Positions 39,204-52,522 of a stretch of 64,000 nucleotides of DNA are shown here, piece after piece. The notes beneath the pieces are model-generated. The model saw nothing but the letters and a program-made list of their open reading frames with translations, made no database searches and was not told where the DNA came from. How positions within the stretch are numbered: position 1 is the stretch's first letter; each line of letters starts with the position of its first letter. The position numbers and the translations under genes were made by a program. Source of the stretch: Camelus dromedarius (Eukaryota); assembly GCF_036321535.1 (NCBI RefSeq), contig NC_087437.1, positions 112,160,001 through 112,224,000 of the forward strand, given 5' to 3'.

Positions 39204-41394
39204 ACTCTCCTAAAATTTTCCTTTCATTCATCCCAACTTGTACGTCAAAGTGAGAGGAAAATTGCTAAATTCCACCAGAAAAACCTCTAATTCCAAGGCG
39301 GCTAATGAGCTATTAGGTGTATAGGAAGAACCACCAGGTTGCTGTTCTTATGGCCATTTTCTGTTTGCATCTTTGGCTCTTTTCCAGAATTTCCCATCTC
39401 TTGCACCATTTATTTAGGAGAACTGGTAGTCTGAGAACACAGGTAGGAACAAAGCACCCAGTTTTTATTTGTTTTGGTTCTTCGTTTCTTTTATCAGCTA
39501 ACATAAAATGGCATTAGAATAATTTTAGACTCCTTACCACTCGGATGTTTTAAGTGATTGATTAGATAAAAAGCAAAATGGGATGAAAAAGCCCAATTTG
39601 GGACCAGGCTGAAGACAAAAGAAACCCTCTTCCAAGGATTAGGAAACTCAAAACACAATCCTAATTTGTTGTAACTGCATGTGCGTGCTCCCCACCCCTG
39701 CTCCACTCAGCTCGGACCTGGGTTTTGTTAGAGTTGCGGGCGGAATCCCTCCCGGTGAGTGCTGACTCACCCAATCTTGGGCCCTGCCAGGAAAAGGAGC
39801 TTGTACTGTCAATCTGAGACCCACTTCTACAATTTTCTGTTCCCCATTAATCACCATCACTCCCATCATGGCTCCTCCCCAAACTCCCCCCAAATAGACC
39901 AAAAGTTAAAAAAAAAAAAAAACTAACTTTTCAAAAAAGAAAATCTAGAGATTTGCATAATTCTGTATATACCTTTTGGAAAAAAAAATGTTTTAAGGTT
40001 TTCACTGCTTTCGCTCTGGAACCTAAATTGACTCTGCTTCGTGAAAACACCCCTGTGTCCCAAGCATTGGCCCTCTAGAGGTTGTGGCTTAGAAACCAGG
40101 GTATAAATAAAACCTGTGTATCAGGTAATGCTGCCAGCAGCTGCTTTGGGAGGAGTTCCTGGTTTGGGGGTGGGTTTTTTTACTTTGTTTTTTTCATGCT
40201 CTCTTTGTTTGACACATGCTAGGTTTTTCCAAGCCAGCTATCAAACACAGCTGACGTTGAAGGGTTAAAATAATGGGGTCATTATTGGGCTATTCCCGAG
40301 GAACAGGCAAAAGAGACCCACGGCAGACTTGCTGCAGCTGTTAGGCGGCCCAATTGCCATCCACAAGGGAATTTGCTTATTTCTATATCACAATCTCCCA
40401 CCTTGATAAAAAAGAAAAAAACACACCCATTTCATTTGGACTGTGTACTAAGAATAATTGCCACCAATATTGATTGGCCCTTGGGGACCAGGCTGAATTT
40501 AAAAACTGCAGACTGTGAAATCCCAGCTGATGTGGCCTCGCGGAGATTGCTGCTTATTTGTGACATGTTCCTATGTTTAAACTTATCTACGAAAACTGTG
40601 AAATTAATATCCTCACGTTGAGTACAATCTGGTGATACACCCAGCTGAAACCACGGCTATTTTTTTTTTTCTTACTTTGCATGCTGGCTCTGTCCGCGTG
40701 CCACTGAAGATCTTCCTGACAATGAAGGAGAAGTACATTTGTTTCCTGGAGTCATCATTTTTTGACTATTTACTTCCAGGGATTGGACAAACGTGCAAAG
40801 TTGTTCGCTTTCTTTTGCTGCATGATTCGTTGTAGAGGGTCAGTAACCCAGCAGGCTCTCGCGGTGGCCTCCAGCTTGGGGGTAAATGACTTTGCTGGTC
40901 TTCTGGATTTCTCCTTCGTCATGCATGCCTCTAACACAGGCGGCGTGAAGCTAGACATTTCTGTTAAAAGCAGAGAGGAAAATGCTTGACCACTAAATCC
41001 ATGTCAGTAAGTTGCAAGGTTCCAGTGTGTCAAGGATGGAAGTTTCAAATGTTTCTGAAATGAATCACAACTTAAAAAGAAAAGCTGACCCTACTTACTC
41101 ATTCTTACATAATGGAGATGTGTGCTTTTAGCCCACGCAAAAAATATAAATGATGATGAAAATTTCAGGGTGCCGTGGACCGTTACACAGACGTAAATAA
41201 AAACAGCAGAGAATGATGGCATTCTGCTCCCTATCTCATAGTGCTGTGTTTTGTCATGATTATCAGTCGTTGCCAAATCTATTCCTTCCTCTCCATTCCA
41301 GTCTCCTCCATTCTCATATACACAGATAGAATGACAGTTTTAAAAGAACTTGGGCAAGTTTCTTTAAAAAAAAAACAAATACAGACAGAGAAAA

Positions 41395-41555
41395 GAACCA
41401 GAAATATACACACTAAAATTCACAGAGGTCCTCTCTGCCTGGTACAATTACCTGATTGTTATTTTTTTCCTTTTGCTTATCTCTATGTCCTAAATTTCCC
41501 ACAGTATAAATGTATAACTTTTATAATAAGCAAAGAATTATATATAAAAATATAC
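41395..41555 (+). mobile_element. Old L1ME-type 3' end fragment
   Basis: gaaatatacacactaaaat...ttttgcttatctctatg...aaatgtataacttttataataag. Confidence 0.5.
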
Positions 41556-42043
41556 AACTGTGACAAGCAGCATGATTTCTATAGTTCATCTGCAAATTAT
41601 ATATAATTTCACTTCTAAGTGAACATGAAAACTTTATAAACAAGTAATTTAATATTACCATCAATCTTCCTACTTAAATGTTATGTTTAAAACTTCACTT
41701 GTATGCTAAATTTTTTTCAAATTCATTCTGATATAGCCCGGTGTAATATGTCCTGGTAAATATATCCTGGATAATTAAAGTGTAGCTATTCTTTCTTATT
41801 ATTATGTACTTAATGGTTGATTGGTTGGTCAATTGCTTTCGTTTCCTCTTTGGTGGTGGCTTTCCTGGTTTCCACTTTTATCAAGCATTTTACTTTAGTG
41901 TCATCCTGAAGTTCCTATCAAAACGTCCTGGTTTTAGAAATCCAAGTCATAACTAATGAGTAGAAAAGCCTGCAGAATGTGAAAAATACAAATGCAACAC
42001 ACACACGCAGTCCAGTTCATGATGGCAAATTTTGCACATCCTG

Positions 42044-42140
42044 TTTTTTTTTTCCTTAAACAAAGGCACTGGGGGTGGACCCTAAGACCTTTTCACACCA
42101 AGCACATGCTCTACCACTGGGCTATACTCCCGACCCCCCG
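42044..42140 (-). mobile_element. Diverged camelid tRNA-derived SINE
   Basis: caagcacatgctctaccactgggctatactccc is the reverse SINE 5' end; preceded by polyT. Confidence 0.75.
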
Positions 42141-43515
42141 CCATAACCCCAAATTTTGAAAATAGTTTTTGAAATTGCAAACCAGCTGATTCAACAGAAA
42201 CACTCTGGCACATCAAACAGCACAAAGCAAGTCTAAGCTCGTTTGCACCTCCAATAGAGCCACAAGTTCATTTAAACAGCAACTTAATTTCTTTTCAGAT
42301 AGGCTGCCTCACTTTTTACTGAAAAGAGAGCAGAAGAAACAAAGATGAAGCGTATTCCTGATTACGTGGAAGTTTGTCACCTCCAGGGTACTTTAGAATC
42401 GATGTCTTTAAGACTGCTTTGAAGCTGAGTTCACAGTGTTGGTGTTCCTTGTCCAGAATTTTTCAGCAGAAATTATCCATTTATCTGGTCCACTCCAGCC
42501 CCAGCCCAGAATCTGTCACATCTGCAGCTCAGGATCTAGACTCAGGCTGCTGAGTCCCTCCTGCCACCCGCTGCCACGCGGGGAGGTCCCAGGCCAGGAG
42601 GCAGAGAGGAAATTCTGTTTCTAACATCAGCTGTAACCACCTCTCATCGGAGGTGCTCATTATCATGGAAGGCAACTGAAGTTTGTTCTGTTGAGTGTTA
42701 TTAATTCTTTCAACTTGTGACGGCAGGTGTTCGGAAGCATGAGAGAAGGCAGCCAAGCGGCCCCTCAGGTGAACTAAGTCAGGTCAGCTGTTCCCAGTCA
42801 TCATCCCCCTAAATGAGAAAACACAAAAGCTGCCAGTTCTAGAACCTTCTCTTCAAGCTTGGGCTCTGCAAGAGGTGATCACTGAAAAGCCACAGTGCTG
42901 TTGTCCCCTCAGCAGCCATGTCCCTGCCAGTGGTGTGGTCTAACAAAGGAGGGGAGGAGGATTTCCCCTTATTTAAATTTGGAAGGGTCCTGGCTTGACT
43001 CTGAGCTCAGACAGACAGGCATTGTGCCCTAGACTCTTCTGGGAAGAGGCGGGAGGGGCCACACATCACAAACAGCACATAGCAACCTGCGAGTGGCACA
43101 CTTTGTGGGAGCTGCCTGCAAAATAAATCATGAGTTTCTCCCATAAATATGAGAAGGACAAAGGAATGGTTTGCATTATGCTTCCCACAGGTGACGTGTG
43201 ACACATTCACTATACACTGCACAACTAGAGGTATTCTAAGGTGCTGCGGGGTAGAGAAGTGACTAGAAAAGACTTTTTAGGTGTTTCTAGCTCAGGAAAT
43301 TCTTATCTGACTACAGAAGACAGATCCAGGGGAACCACATCCAGGCATCACCCGTTAGGATAACGCAACAAGGTCACGGACAGCCACTTCCTCCCAGGTG
43401 CCCCGGACCACAGCCCACGGAGCAAGGGACAGGTTTATGGAGAAGAGAAGCAGTGATTATGCAGATAAAGCCACCTCCTCCAGCCATGGTCTGCTCCGGG
43501 GCCATTGGTCACAAA

Positions 43516-43812
43516 GGAGTCGCCAGATAAAACGCAGGACATCCAGTCCAATTTGAATTTCAGATAAATGATGAGTTTTTTTAGTATAAATATCTCCCAA
43601 ATATTGCATGGGATATACTGAAAAAAAATGTACTATAACTTAGTACACTTAGTAAGTGCTAACTCATGTATTAAATTATATATACATATACTATACTATT
43701 ACAAGTCAGTGTATTATACCAAGAACTTATTGTAGATCTGAAATTCAATCTTAAATTCAAATTTAAAAATGCAGGACATCCTGTGTTTTTATTTGCTAAA
43801 TCTGGCCACTCT
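43516..43812. mobile_element. MER53-like palindromic hAT MITE
   Basis: Ends gtcgccagataaaacgcaggaca ... tttatttgctaaatctggccactct; internal inverted pair tttgaatttcagat / atctgaaattcaa. Confidence 0.8.
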
Positions 43813-43899
43813 GACACACAGTTACCCACGGAGTGACTTTACAGGAGGGGGGCAGAAGATTTCCCCACCCCCACATCTTCCTTCATTCACTTCTCTTCC

Positions 43900-44390
43900 A
43901 TCCCTGCTCAGACCTTATGGCACTTTTCCCACATTTCTGTCCCCCTTAACCCACCTTATTTTCTTCCATAGCTCATCACTGTCCAACATGCTATATATTA
44001 TATACTTACACAGAAGTCTAGGTAGTTTTCTATCTCCCCCCATAAGCTCCATGAGGCCAAGGATTTTCACTTTTATTCTCAGCCCTTAGAACAGTGCCTA
44101 CCGTATCATGGACCTCAATAAATATTGACGGAGTTGCGTGAATGGAGTGACTATGTGGGGAAGGATAAAACACTGATATGGAAACAGAGACTAAACAAAG
44201 GTAAACATTTCCCATCGTTCCAGCTCCCCTGGTGGATCCGTGTGTTCTCGTCAGCGCTCCTCTAACATCCAGGGGCGCACGACTCAGCTGGGGAACCCCA
44301 ACTCGGCAGATGCCGATTCCGTAGGTCCGAGGTGGGCCCGAGAGTCTGCCTTCCCAACCAGCTCCCAGGTGATACTGAGGTTGCAAAGGG
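43900..44390. mobile_element. L2 3' end (about 43900-44145) followed by a MER5A-like MITE (about 44225-44390)
   Basis: taagctccatgaggccaagg...agaacagtgcc...ctcaataaatattg; and gccgattccgtaggtccgaggtgggcccgagagtctgc...gctcccaggtgat. Confidence 0.65.
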
Positions 44391-46124
44391 AATCATTAAA
44401 AGGAGCGTGGATAAAGATAAAATTAAAGAGCAGATCCCAACCTGAGGATTCTGCAGTTTTGTTATATCACAGGAAGGCGCTATGGGAAAAAAATCTAAGT
44501 TACTTGATAAACAATATTTTTCAGAAAATAGAAATCCAGTCTTTCTGAATCCAGTAGACTCACATCTCAGAAGTCATCTGTATTAGTCTCCCTTAGCTCT
44601 GAAAGAAGAAACAAACACAAGAATATTAAACACCATCTCTCCAAGGTGAATGCGGGGAAAGATGGCCCTATCACTGAGATGACGTCTTCTACTTCATCAG
44701 CATCTCCAGAAAAGTTTTAACTGGTGCCAAGAGCAGAGGTACAGGCCCTGTCTCTTTTGTGACCTTGAAATCTGTAAGACAGGCTCGGAACAGCTGGCGG
44801 ACCTCACTGATCACGCCTTGACAAGCCCAGCGAGGATGCAGAACTCTCTCACCTTTCTCAGTTCTCACTCTCCCCGGAAAGTAAGCAAAAGCTTCCTTAA
44901 AAAACAGAAAAAATTTCCAAAACAGAAACCTTCTAAAAGTTTGAATTTAGATTCCGTGCAGGCCTGCTGAGATGTTCCAGCCACATCCATTCGCTGACGT
45001 GCTCCACCCTCTACGAATTACAAAAGGGCTTAAAAAGAACTACCTTGGAATTGTTTTCATTATCAAGCTTCTGTCCATGAGCACCTTTTAAAAACCCACA
45101 TGCTGTCTCAGTTGTAATCATTTTAAAAGAAATCACACATCTGTTTCTCAAAAAAGTCAATATAGAATAAAATTCCACCCATACCAATTATGTTCCTTCC
45201 TCCATTTGTATGGGGAAGAAAAACCAAATCATCCATTAAATCATAGACACATGAAAATGACTTTTATAATGAAAACCAAAACAGACAGCTTGAACCTGGC
45301 CTATGAAAAGGAATAATAGACATTTGAGATTCAACAATAGTTTAGTGCTTTGGAAACATCACCAGTTTAAGTATCAGTGATTCATTCGGTTTTGTTGTAC
45401 ACATTATTAATTGCGTAGTACCATTTAGGACCAGGAATCCCTTAGTGTAGAGAAAAATTACAAATGTTTATAATCTGAGAGACTAGCATCTGGTCTTGCC
45501 TTGGCAGTTTAGCTTCAGGCAAGAGATTTATATCTCTGGGTTTCAGTTTATTTGCTTAGAATGTGAGGGAATTGAACCAAATTACCTTGCAGATTTTTTC
45601 CAACTCTGATAGTCTATCATTTCATTCTGTTTCAGAAGAAAGGGCCAGCATCCCGCCCACCATTCTTGAGAAACAGCGCCACCTTCAGGTCACAATGACC
45701 ATAACAGAGCTGTGGTGGAGTCGCTTCTCCAGCAGAGGGGAGTTATTTGCCAGATCCACAGAAACCTGTCCCCCTGGTGTCCTTGGGGGACACGGTCACA
45801 CATTTGTGAATCTGCCAGCTGGATTAAGATCAATGTGCATGGACATGGAGCCTAGCTGAGCTAACTGGCCCATGGGGGACGAACGCACGACCTTGGTCTA
45901 ATTATCACAGCCCCCAGCTCACAGAGCTCACCCACAGAACAATTCCTGGTGGAAGGAAAGGAAGCAAAGAACACACTGGATTAACTGAAAGCTCTCAAAC
46001 AGTGACAATGGACACACCACTTTTACAGGCAATTTCACTTAAGCAGTTTTCCGCCTGTTTTTGTCTTAGCTCGATATCACTGGGCAATATCTCTTGTAGA
46101 CTTTTGTTGAGAAAAGCTGCAGAG

Positions 46125-46252
46125 GAGGGGAGGGTATAGCTCAGTGGTAGAGTGTGCACTTGGCATGCACTTAAATTAAATCCCCGGTACCCCCACTAAA
46201 TAAAATAATAAATAAATAAATCTAATTACCCCCCCAAATAAACAAACAAAAA
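46125..46252 (+). mobile_element. Camelid tRNA-derived SINE with disrupted B box
   Basis: ggggagggtatagctcagtggtagag...; perfect 15-bp TSD agaaaagctgcagag at 46110-46124 and 46253-46267. Confidence 0.9.
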
Positions 46253-46304
46253 AGAAAAGCTGCAGAGAAGACTTTAAAGTAAATGCCACCTTTTTTCACC
46301 CAGA

Positions 46305-46520
46305 AAATATTTATCGAGACACCACTTAATGCCAGCACAGTGCTAAGGGCTCTCTCAAAATTATTTTATTGAATTTCCACCACAGATCCTGCAAGGTAGG
46401 AATTAAGATCCCCACATTTCAACACAAGGAAACTGAGACTCAGAGAGGCCCAGAAATGACAGTTCTGGCCTCCAAGGCTGAGCATGCAGACACTGGAATC
46501 CAAACCATCCTCCCGAGTAA
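46305..46520 (-). mobile_element. MIR SINE
   Basis: tatttatcgagacaccact...aaggtaggaatt...aaggaaactgagactcagagagg. Confidence 0.75.
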
Positions 46521-48779
46521 GGAAGGACCACAATTGACCAAGAACATGACTGCAACTGCCCCTTTTCAAGGCTTATCTCTCAGCACAGTGTTGTTCTGCC
46601 AATCACAACCAGCAGTTTGGAGGCAAAGGCAGTTCAAGAACTCAATGTGTTTCTTTTAAGTGTGATCTGTACACAGAAAACAGACTTATCTTTGCCAGCC
46701 ACCCCTAAGCCGCATGGATGGGTCTCAGTAGGAGGTGTGATATGGTGATTTGTTATTAAATATCGCCATTTCTAAATGATGACCCTTCAGAACAATAGAC
46801 TAGAGGACGTTTAAGATCGTCCCTTAGAGTATACCCTATTGCTCCCTAAACTCCATAGGTTTTCTTGGTCGGGGAAAGGGACGGAGCAACCCCAAGCCCA
46901 TGGGGATGCATCATGTCTGGAAATATGTTTCTGGGCATCACTGAGGAGAGGGGTGGGGAGCCGTTGCCCACTGCTGGGGTTCTCTGGGCTGCATAGCTCA
47001 TTCTTTTCTATATTCACATATACTTAGGCAACTCTAGTTGGCAAGATCAGGCTTTCCAGTCTTTGCTTCCCTGACTACATATTACAGAATATGGGCACAT
47101 AAATACAAAGTCACTGGATATTTGCTGATGTATTAGGGGAAAAAAATGCTCTACATGCAGAAAATGGAAATTATACACACTAGGGTGATCAGACATATTT
47201 GAGATGACCGTGGAGTTATTTTAGGACAGAGCCCAAGGGAGGAGCCTGGCTGAGAGGGGGATGGGAGTAGTGCCTGAGAACTTTGGATTAGACCCAGATA
47301 GAAGACACCAGAGTTGGGTTGAACCTTTGTGGAAGGAGAAGTTAAAATATGACATCTACGCCACTGGGCAGATGCCAGAAAAAGAAAAATTGTGTAAGCA
47401 AGGAATTTCTCAATTTTAAGCATCATCTGATACTCAGAGGAAATTATGTAATATTATCCAAGGTTGAGTGACCACCAAGTTGCCCAGCTAATTAGAAGTT
47501 GAAGAACAAATGCTTGGCAGTTGGTCTACAGTTTTTGCATGTCATGAGAACTGGCAGTGTCAGTTCCAAGCTATCTCAGAGCTAAGGCTGAGAAGGAGGA
47601 ACTAGAAGCGAGCCAGCGTGGCGTGAGTCTGATGGTCACACCATAGAGGCTACCCCCAAGGGTGACCTGGAGCAGAAAAGCAGAACCATCTACATAGCTG
47701 GTGTCCTACAAGAGTATTGTGCAGAGAGCCCCCACGGCAGTGGCAGTGGCTGGGCTAATCCTGCTTGGGAGCCTAGTAAGAAAGACCCTTCTCAAGCTCC
47801 AATAATGATGATGGTAGATTAGAAATCTGTTATCATTTGTCTATGTCATCCATCGTTCCAACCCTGCTAGACTCCTCTTTTTCTTCTTTCCACACCGCCC
47901 CCCCACAAGTTACCCATCCTTTCTGTTTACAAGTTCTATTCTGCAGGAGGCTGGGACAACAGAGAATCAAAACTAGTTACCATTGTGTGTAAAATAAGAG
48001 TTAATAAGCTAGGGCAAAGAGTATTGACAGTTGCTTTTGCAGCATCCAGAGCGTAGGCCTAAGTGCATTGTTTTCTGAGATTGCTTTATTTCATTCTTGG
48101 TAGCATCTAGAGGGTCTGACGTGGCTCCAGAAAGCCGGGATGTTGGAGGTTAAGAGCATGTATCACCCCTGATGGTTGCAGGTGGTGTGCACAGAAGCGA
48201 GTGCTAAATGCATGTTACAGTGAGACCTGGGATTCAGGTAAAGCAAGAGGTGTTTCCATAGGGAGGTCCTCATTTAAAAAAAAAATTAATTCATTCCACT
48301 GCACATTTAATTGCACACCTACTATGTGCCTTGCACGGGGCATAGAGTGACAACAGCAGCAATTCTAATGGGATGTAAGCAGATAAGGCATTTGGTGGGA
48401 TCCAGAGGAGGTGAGAGTTTATGCAAGGGAATAAGCAGTATCTCCCTAAGGGCAAGGTCGATGGATGGAGAGTGGTTTTACCTGAATGGAGAGACCAGGA
48501 CACATAGGTACACAGGTAAAGATAAGGATAGCTATCTCTGAGGAGCAGCTGGTAACTGGCAGAGAGGTCTTATCTCCTCATGATTCCACGCACCTTCAGT
48601 TCCCTGAATGAGCCAGGCTTCAGGACCTGCCAGCCCGAAAGCCCCTTTGTCTGAGCCTGAGAAAGGCATGTCTTCTGGACCAGTGCAGCCCAGATGTGGT
48701 GCCTCCGTGGGAACTGGATACAACCCACTCCCCCAGAGCTGGATTTGAGCTCCCACACGCCACCCCCAGCCTACTCTGA

Positions 48780-49125
48780 GGGTTCCTGCTGCCTGAGACA
48801 TTTACCCGAGTTGTTCCGTCTTCCTGAAAGGCTTCCCCACACTCCCACCCCCTCTGCCTCCCCTTCCAAGCCTCACCTTAGAGATGACTGTCTCAGGGAA
48901 GGCTGCCCAGCCCTTCACAGCTGGACGTAGCTCTGTTTTCTGTTCTCACGTTGTCCTGTCACCCTGTATTTCTCCCTAATTAGCCTCATCACGATTACAA
49001 GCACTGTGTAATTGTCTCTCTCCCCATGAACATGAAAGAAAGGTCTGTGTCCCTCGTGCTCACCGCCTTCACCCCTGTGCGTGCCGGGCACAGGGGATGC
49101 CCTCAGTAAATGCTTCCTGAATACA
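48780..49125 (+). mobile_element. L2 3' fragment
   Basis: ctcagggaaggctgccc...gtgccgggcacagggg..cctcagtaaatgcttcctgaat. Confidence 0.55.
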
Positions 49126-50332
49126 CAACAGCTGGAACAAATGAGAGGCTCAAGTGAGGGTTCTTCTGGAGCTCCCTCATCCTTCTAAGGAGAGCGGTTT
49201 GACCATATCCCCACTCTGTGCAGCCCGGATATGCCAGGCAGTCCCAATTTCAAACACTGTGTCTTCTTATCTGACTGAGTCATGGAGGCTGAGGCTGGAT
49301 GCGCCCTGTGCTTTTGCCCTCAGTTTTCTTATTTGCGTCTGGAAAAGGTGCAATCTGTACAGTAGAAGAAAAACCTCACTTCATAGACGCAATCTAGAAC
49401 AGCCCAGGAACTACCCAAGTTTGGAACACAGGCTACCAAGTGTTTTCATCTCATGGTGCCCGATCATCATTCACTCATTTAAAAAATATTGATTGGGTAC
49501 CTACTATGTGCACTGAGCACTAATCTAGGAGGAGCTAATTTTTCCATTCGCATGCCTTTTTGGAGCACAAATTGCTCGGATTGCCTTCTGTTTTGTAGGA
49601 AGTGATGGAAAGTTTAACGTTCTAAGTGCGCTGCACCGGACATGGTCTCCCGAACAAGGCTGTCTTGTTCGCAGCCTTAGCAATGCCACTTGACCACCAG
49701 GAGGAGGAGAGTGGGGTCAATAGCATGAATCTTACTTGCAAGAGACATGTGTTGAATAACCACAGACCACAGCAGGACAGTGATTTCCTGCTTAGAAAAG
49801 AGAACTTGCTTGCGGACTATTTCTAGGTGCGCTAGAAAATGAATGATTGGCAGTTTTCTAAAGGAAGGATTAGGAAACTGTTTTATATGATTACAAACCG
49901 AGCTTCAGCAGGACACTCAGCACAGCGGCATCTTCCATAAGGGCTGGTGTGCATAGTCGCTCCCCCCTCCTCAGTCCTCCCCACCCGGCCCAGGCCCCCC
50001 AGCCCCTCCCCCAGGACCTCCCCCCACCACCACCTCCTCACAGTTCAGCCCCCATGCTTGGCACAGTAGGGAGCCACCCCAGTCGCTAAATGTTTTTAAA
50101 TCAACTCTGCTTACAGGTGAAGGAGTCTATGAAGAATTCCATGAAGAATCTACATCCTTGATTCTATAAAGGATTCTGTAAAGAAGCATCTAAGTACTTC
50201 GTTCTAAATCCTACAGTGTCCAAACACGCAATGTGGTGTTTTCAGGGCATTTGGCTTTTAACATAAAGACCCAGCAGAGGGAGCCATTCCCTAGCAGAAA
50301 AGTTGCTGCAGACCCTACCAGGGTGGCCACTC

Positions 50333-50683
50333 TGTCAGCCAGCCAAGGCTTCTAGCACAAAGTTCCACAGACTGGGCGGCTTAAACCACAGAAATTTATT
50401 TTTCACAGTTGTTAAAGCCAGAAGCCTAAAATCAAGGTGTTGGCAGGGTTGATTCCTTCCGAGGCCTCTGTCGTTGGCTTGTAGATGACTGTCTTCTCCC
50501 TGTGTCCTCGTGTGGTCTTCCCTCTGCGCGTGTCTTGGTCCCAATCTCCTCCTCTTATAAGGACACCCACTCTAATGAATTCATTTCCTATTAATCACGT
50601 CCTGTTTCCAAATAGTCACGTCCTGAGGTACTGGAGGTTAGGATTTACATGAATTTGGTGGGGACACGATTCAGCTATAGTAG
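50333..50683 (-). mobile_element. MaLR solo LTR, MLT1B-like
   Basis: ccacagactgggcggcttaaaccacagaaatttatt...aatcaaggtgttggcaggg...ttataaggacacc...ggggacacgattcag. Confidence 0.88.
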
Positions 50684-50715
50684 CCACCCTGTTTTCAGTC
50701 TTGTTAACCTTTTAA

Positions 50716-50717
<2 letters not shown>

Positions 50718-50800
<83 letters not shown>

Positions 50801-50825
50801 TAGATAGACAGACAGACAGATAGAT
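50718..50825. repeat. Compound (GATA)n(GACA)n tetranucleotide microsatellite
   Basis: Directly visible. Confidence 0.95.
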
Positions 50826-51466
50826 TTTAAATGTGTTTCCATTGTTTTCTAAAAATTAAATCACCTGTATTGCTTTTACTCCCGTGATGATAAGCCCATG
50901 GTTCAAAGGTCTCTGCCCCACCGCCATACTGGCAGGCAGCAACGGTGCGCTCAGATTGATAGAAGGCCCAGACCCAGGCACCTCTTGACAACGTCATGCA
51001 AATTCCCAAATCTAAAGATACAGGAGGAAGTCAGGGAGGTCAGGACCCAAGCAGGGCATGTGGCAGCCATCTGCAGAGGCCGGGCCAGGTTCCAGACTCA
51101 CCGAATGGTTGCTGCAGATGAGGAAGCCATCCCAGACGCCCTCAAGCCCACTCTCAGAGATTCTCTCCTCCCTCCTGACTTCCCCCTCTCCTACTCCTGC
51201 TCAGACTCCCAGGGCTGGGGCAGTTCTGCTGACTGGCTAGCCTGAGGTGGCACAGGAAACCTCCGGGCCTGGTAAGCCTTATCAGTCCTGCGGTCAGACA
51301 GCAGCAAGCTGACCACAATGGCACAACTTCCCCTCCCAGGCAAACGGAGTCTTGTCCCATACACCCCTGATTTAGGGACTCAGAGTGGGGACAAAGGCAG
51401 TTACATGTGTCCTGAGGGGTCAGGCTAACTGTCTCCTAGACCCATCAGGGATCTCACCCTGATGTC

Positions 51467-51526
51467 CTTTTTTTTTTCTTAAGTTGAAGTACAGTCAGTT
51501 ACAATGTGTCAGTTTCTGGTGTACAG
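51467..51526 (-). mobile_element. Extremely 5'-truncated young L1 tail (about 60 bp)
   Basis: polyT + ttgaagtacagtcagttacaatgtgtca, the reverse complement of the tail at about 63555-63583; TSD caccctgat(g/a)tc at 51455-51466 and 51527-51538. Confidence 0.85.
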
Positions 51527-52522
51527 CACCCTGATATCTTAAAACGAGATCCCAGTCTAAAGAGTTGTCTTAAGGATGAACAAAGGCCTCCAAATAGTAA
51601 CCAACAATCAGTTCATTGCAAATAAACATCATTAGAAAGGTACTGTGTATACTTCTTTATGCATTCAAGTGTCTGAGATTTCATGCAACATACACCGTTA
51701 CCACCACTAGTATAGTAAATGCGACCAGGGAAGAACAATGCTTTGCTGAAAGTAGGATGCTTTGCTTAAAGCGCACTTGCTTTCCCATAAGTTTACTTGT
51801 ACTTACTGGGCACATTAGGACATTTGAGATGTAGTTTAATTTTTATGAGAGATGGAAAGCTAGAGTCTGGGCCCAGAGATGGACCAGGCTTTCCACACCC
51901 CTTGGGGCTGTGGGACAGGGACAGTTTCAGTGAAATCAGAGGGTAGTTCTGAATCGAGGCTGATTCCCTCAGCCGTTCATTCTAGATCCCAGAAGTCAGC
52001 TAGAGTCCCTTTCTCTTTGGAGACCCAAGCTTGATGGGCTCAGGCCCACCACAACCACGACCCATGGGGGGTCAGCTCACTGCGCCAGCATTCTTAGACT
52101 CCTTAGAGCTCTGTCAAAGGAATCCATTCCCACCGTGAGCCCTGTGAGCACTCCAGAAAGTGCTGGAGGGCAGAGTCTCAATGGTTACATCACAAAATCC
52201 ACACCAAACAACTTCATAATATGTGCTTGGAGATTTTGGTTCTTCCTGTGGCCTTCGGGGGGGGGGGGGGGTCCTCTCTCAGGCCTGAACACACTGTCTC
52301 TCCCCACTTCTCCCATTTAACGTTCACCTCACTGGAGCCCCCATCCTCAACCCTGGACCTCTCCCACCTCCAGGGCTACCTCTAGGCCACACAGCTCTAT
52401 GCCAGGCATTTGCAAGGAAGTCCAGCTCTCTCCAGCCCCCAAGCCACCTGTCATTTGCAACCCCATCTTGGGGCTCTCCTGAGCCTTCTTTCTAAAGATC
52501 AGCTTAGGTTACATATAGCTTT

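Noticed and set aside
39598..40498. Shared 14-mer gggaccaggctgaa at about 39600 and about 40484
   Set aside because: Similarity does not extend; compatible with chance in 64 kb.
50125..50190. Short degenerate tandem repeats (also about 18340 and 27708)
   Set aside because: Only 2-4 short units without unique spacers; ordinary slippage duplications, not a CRISPR-like array.
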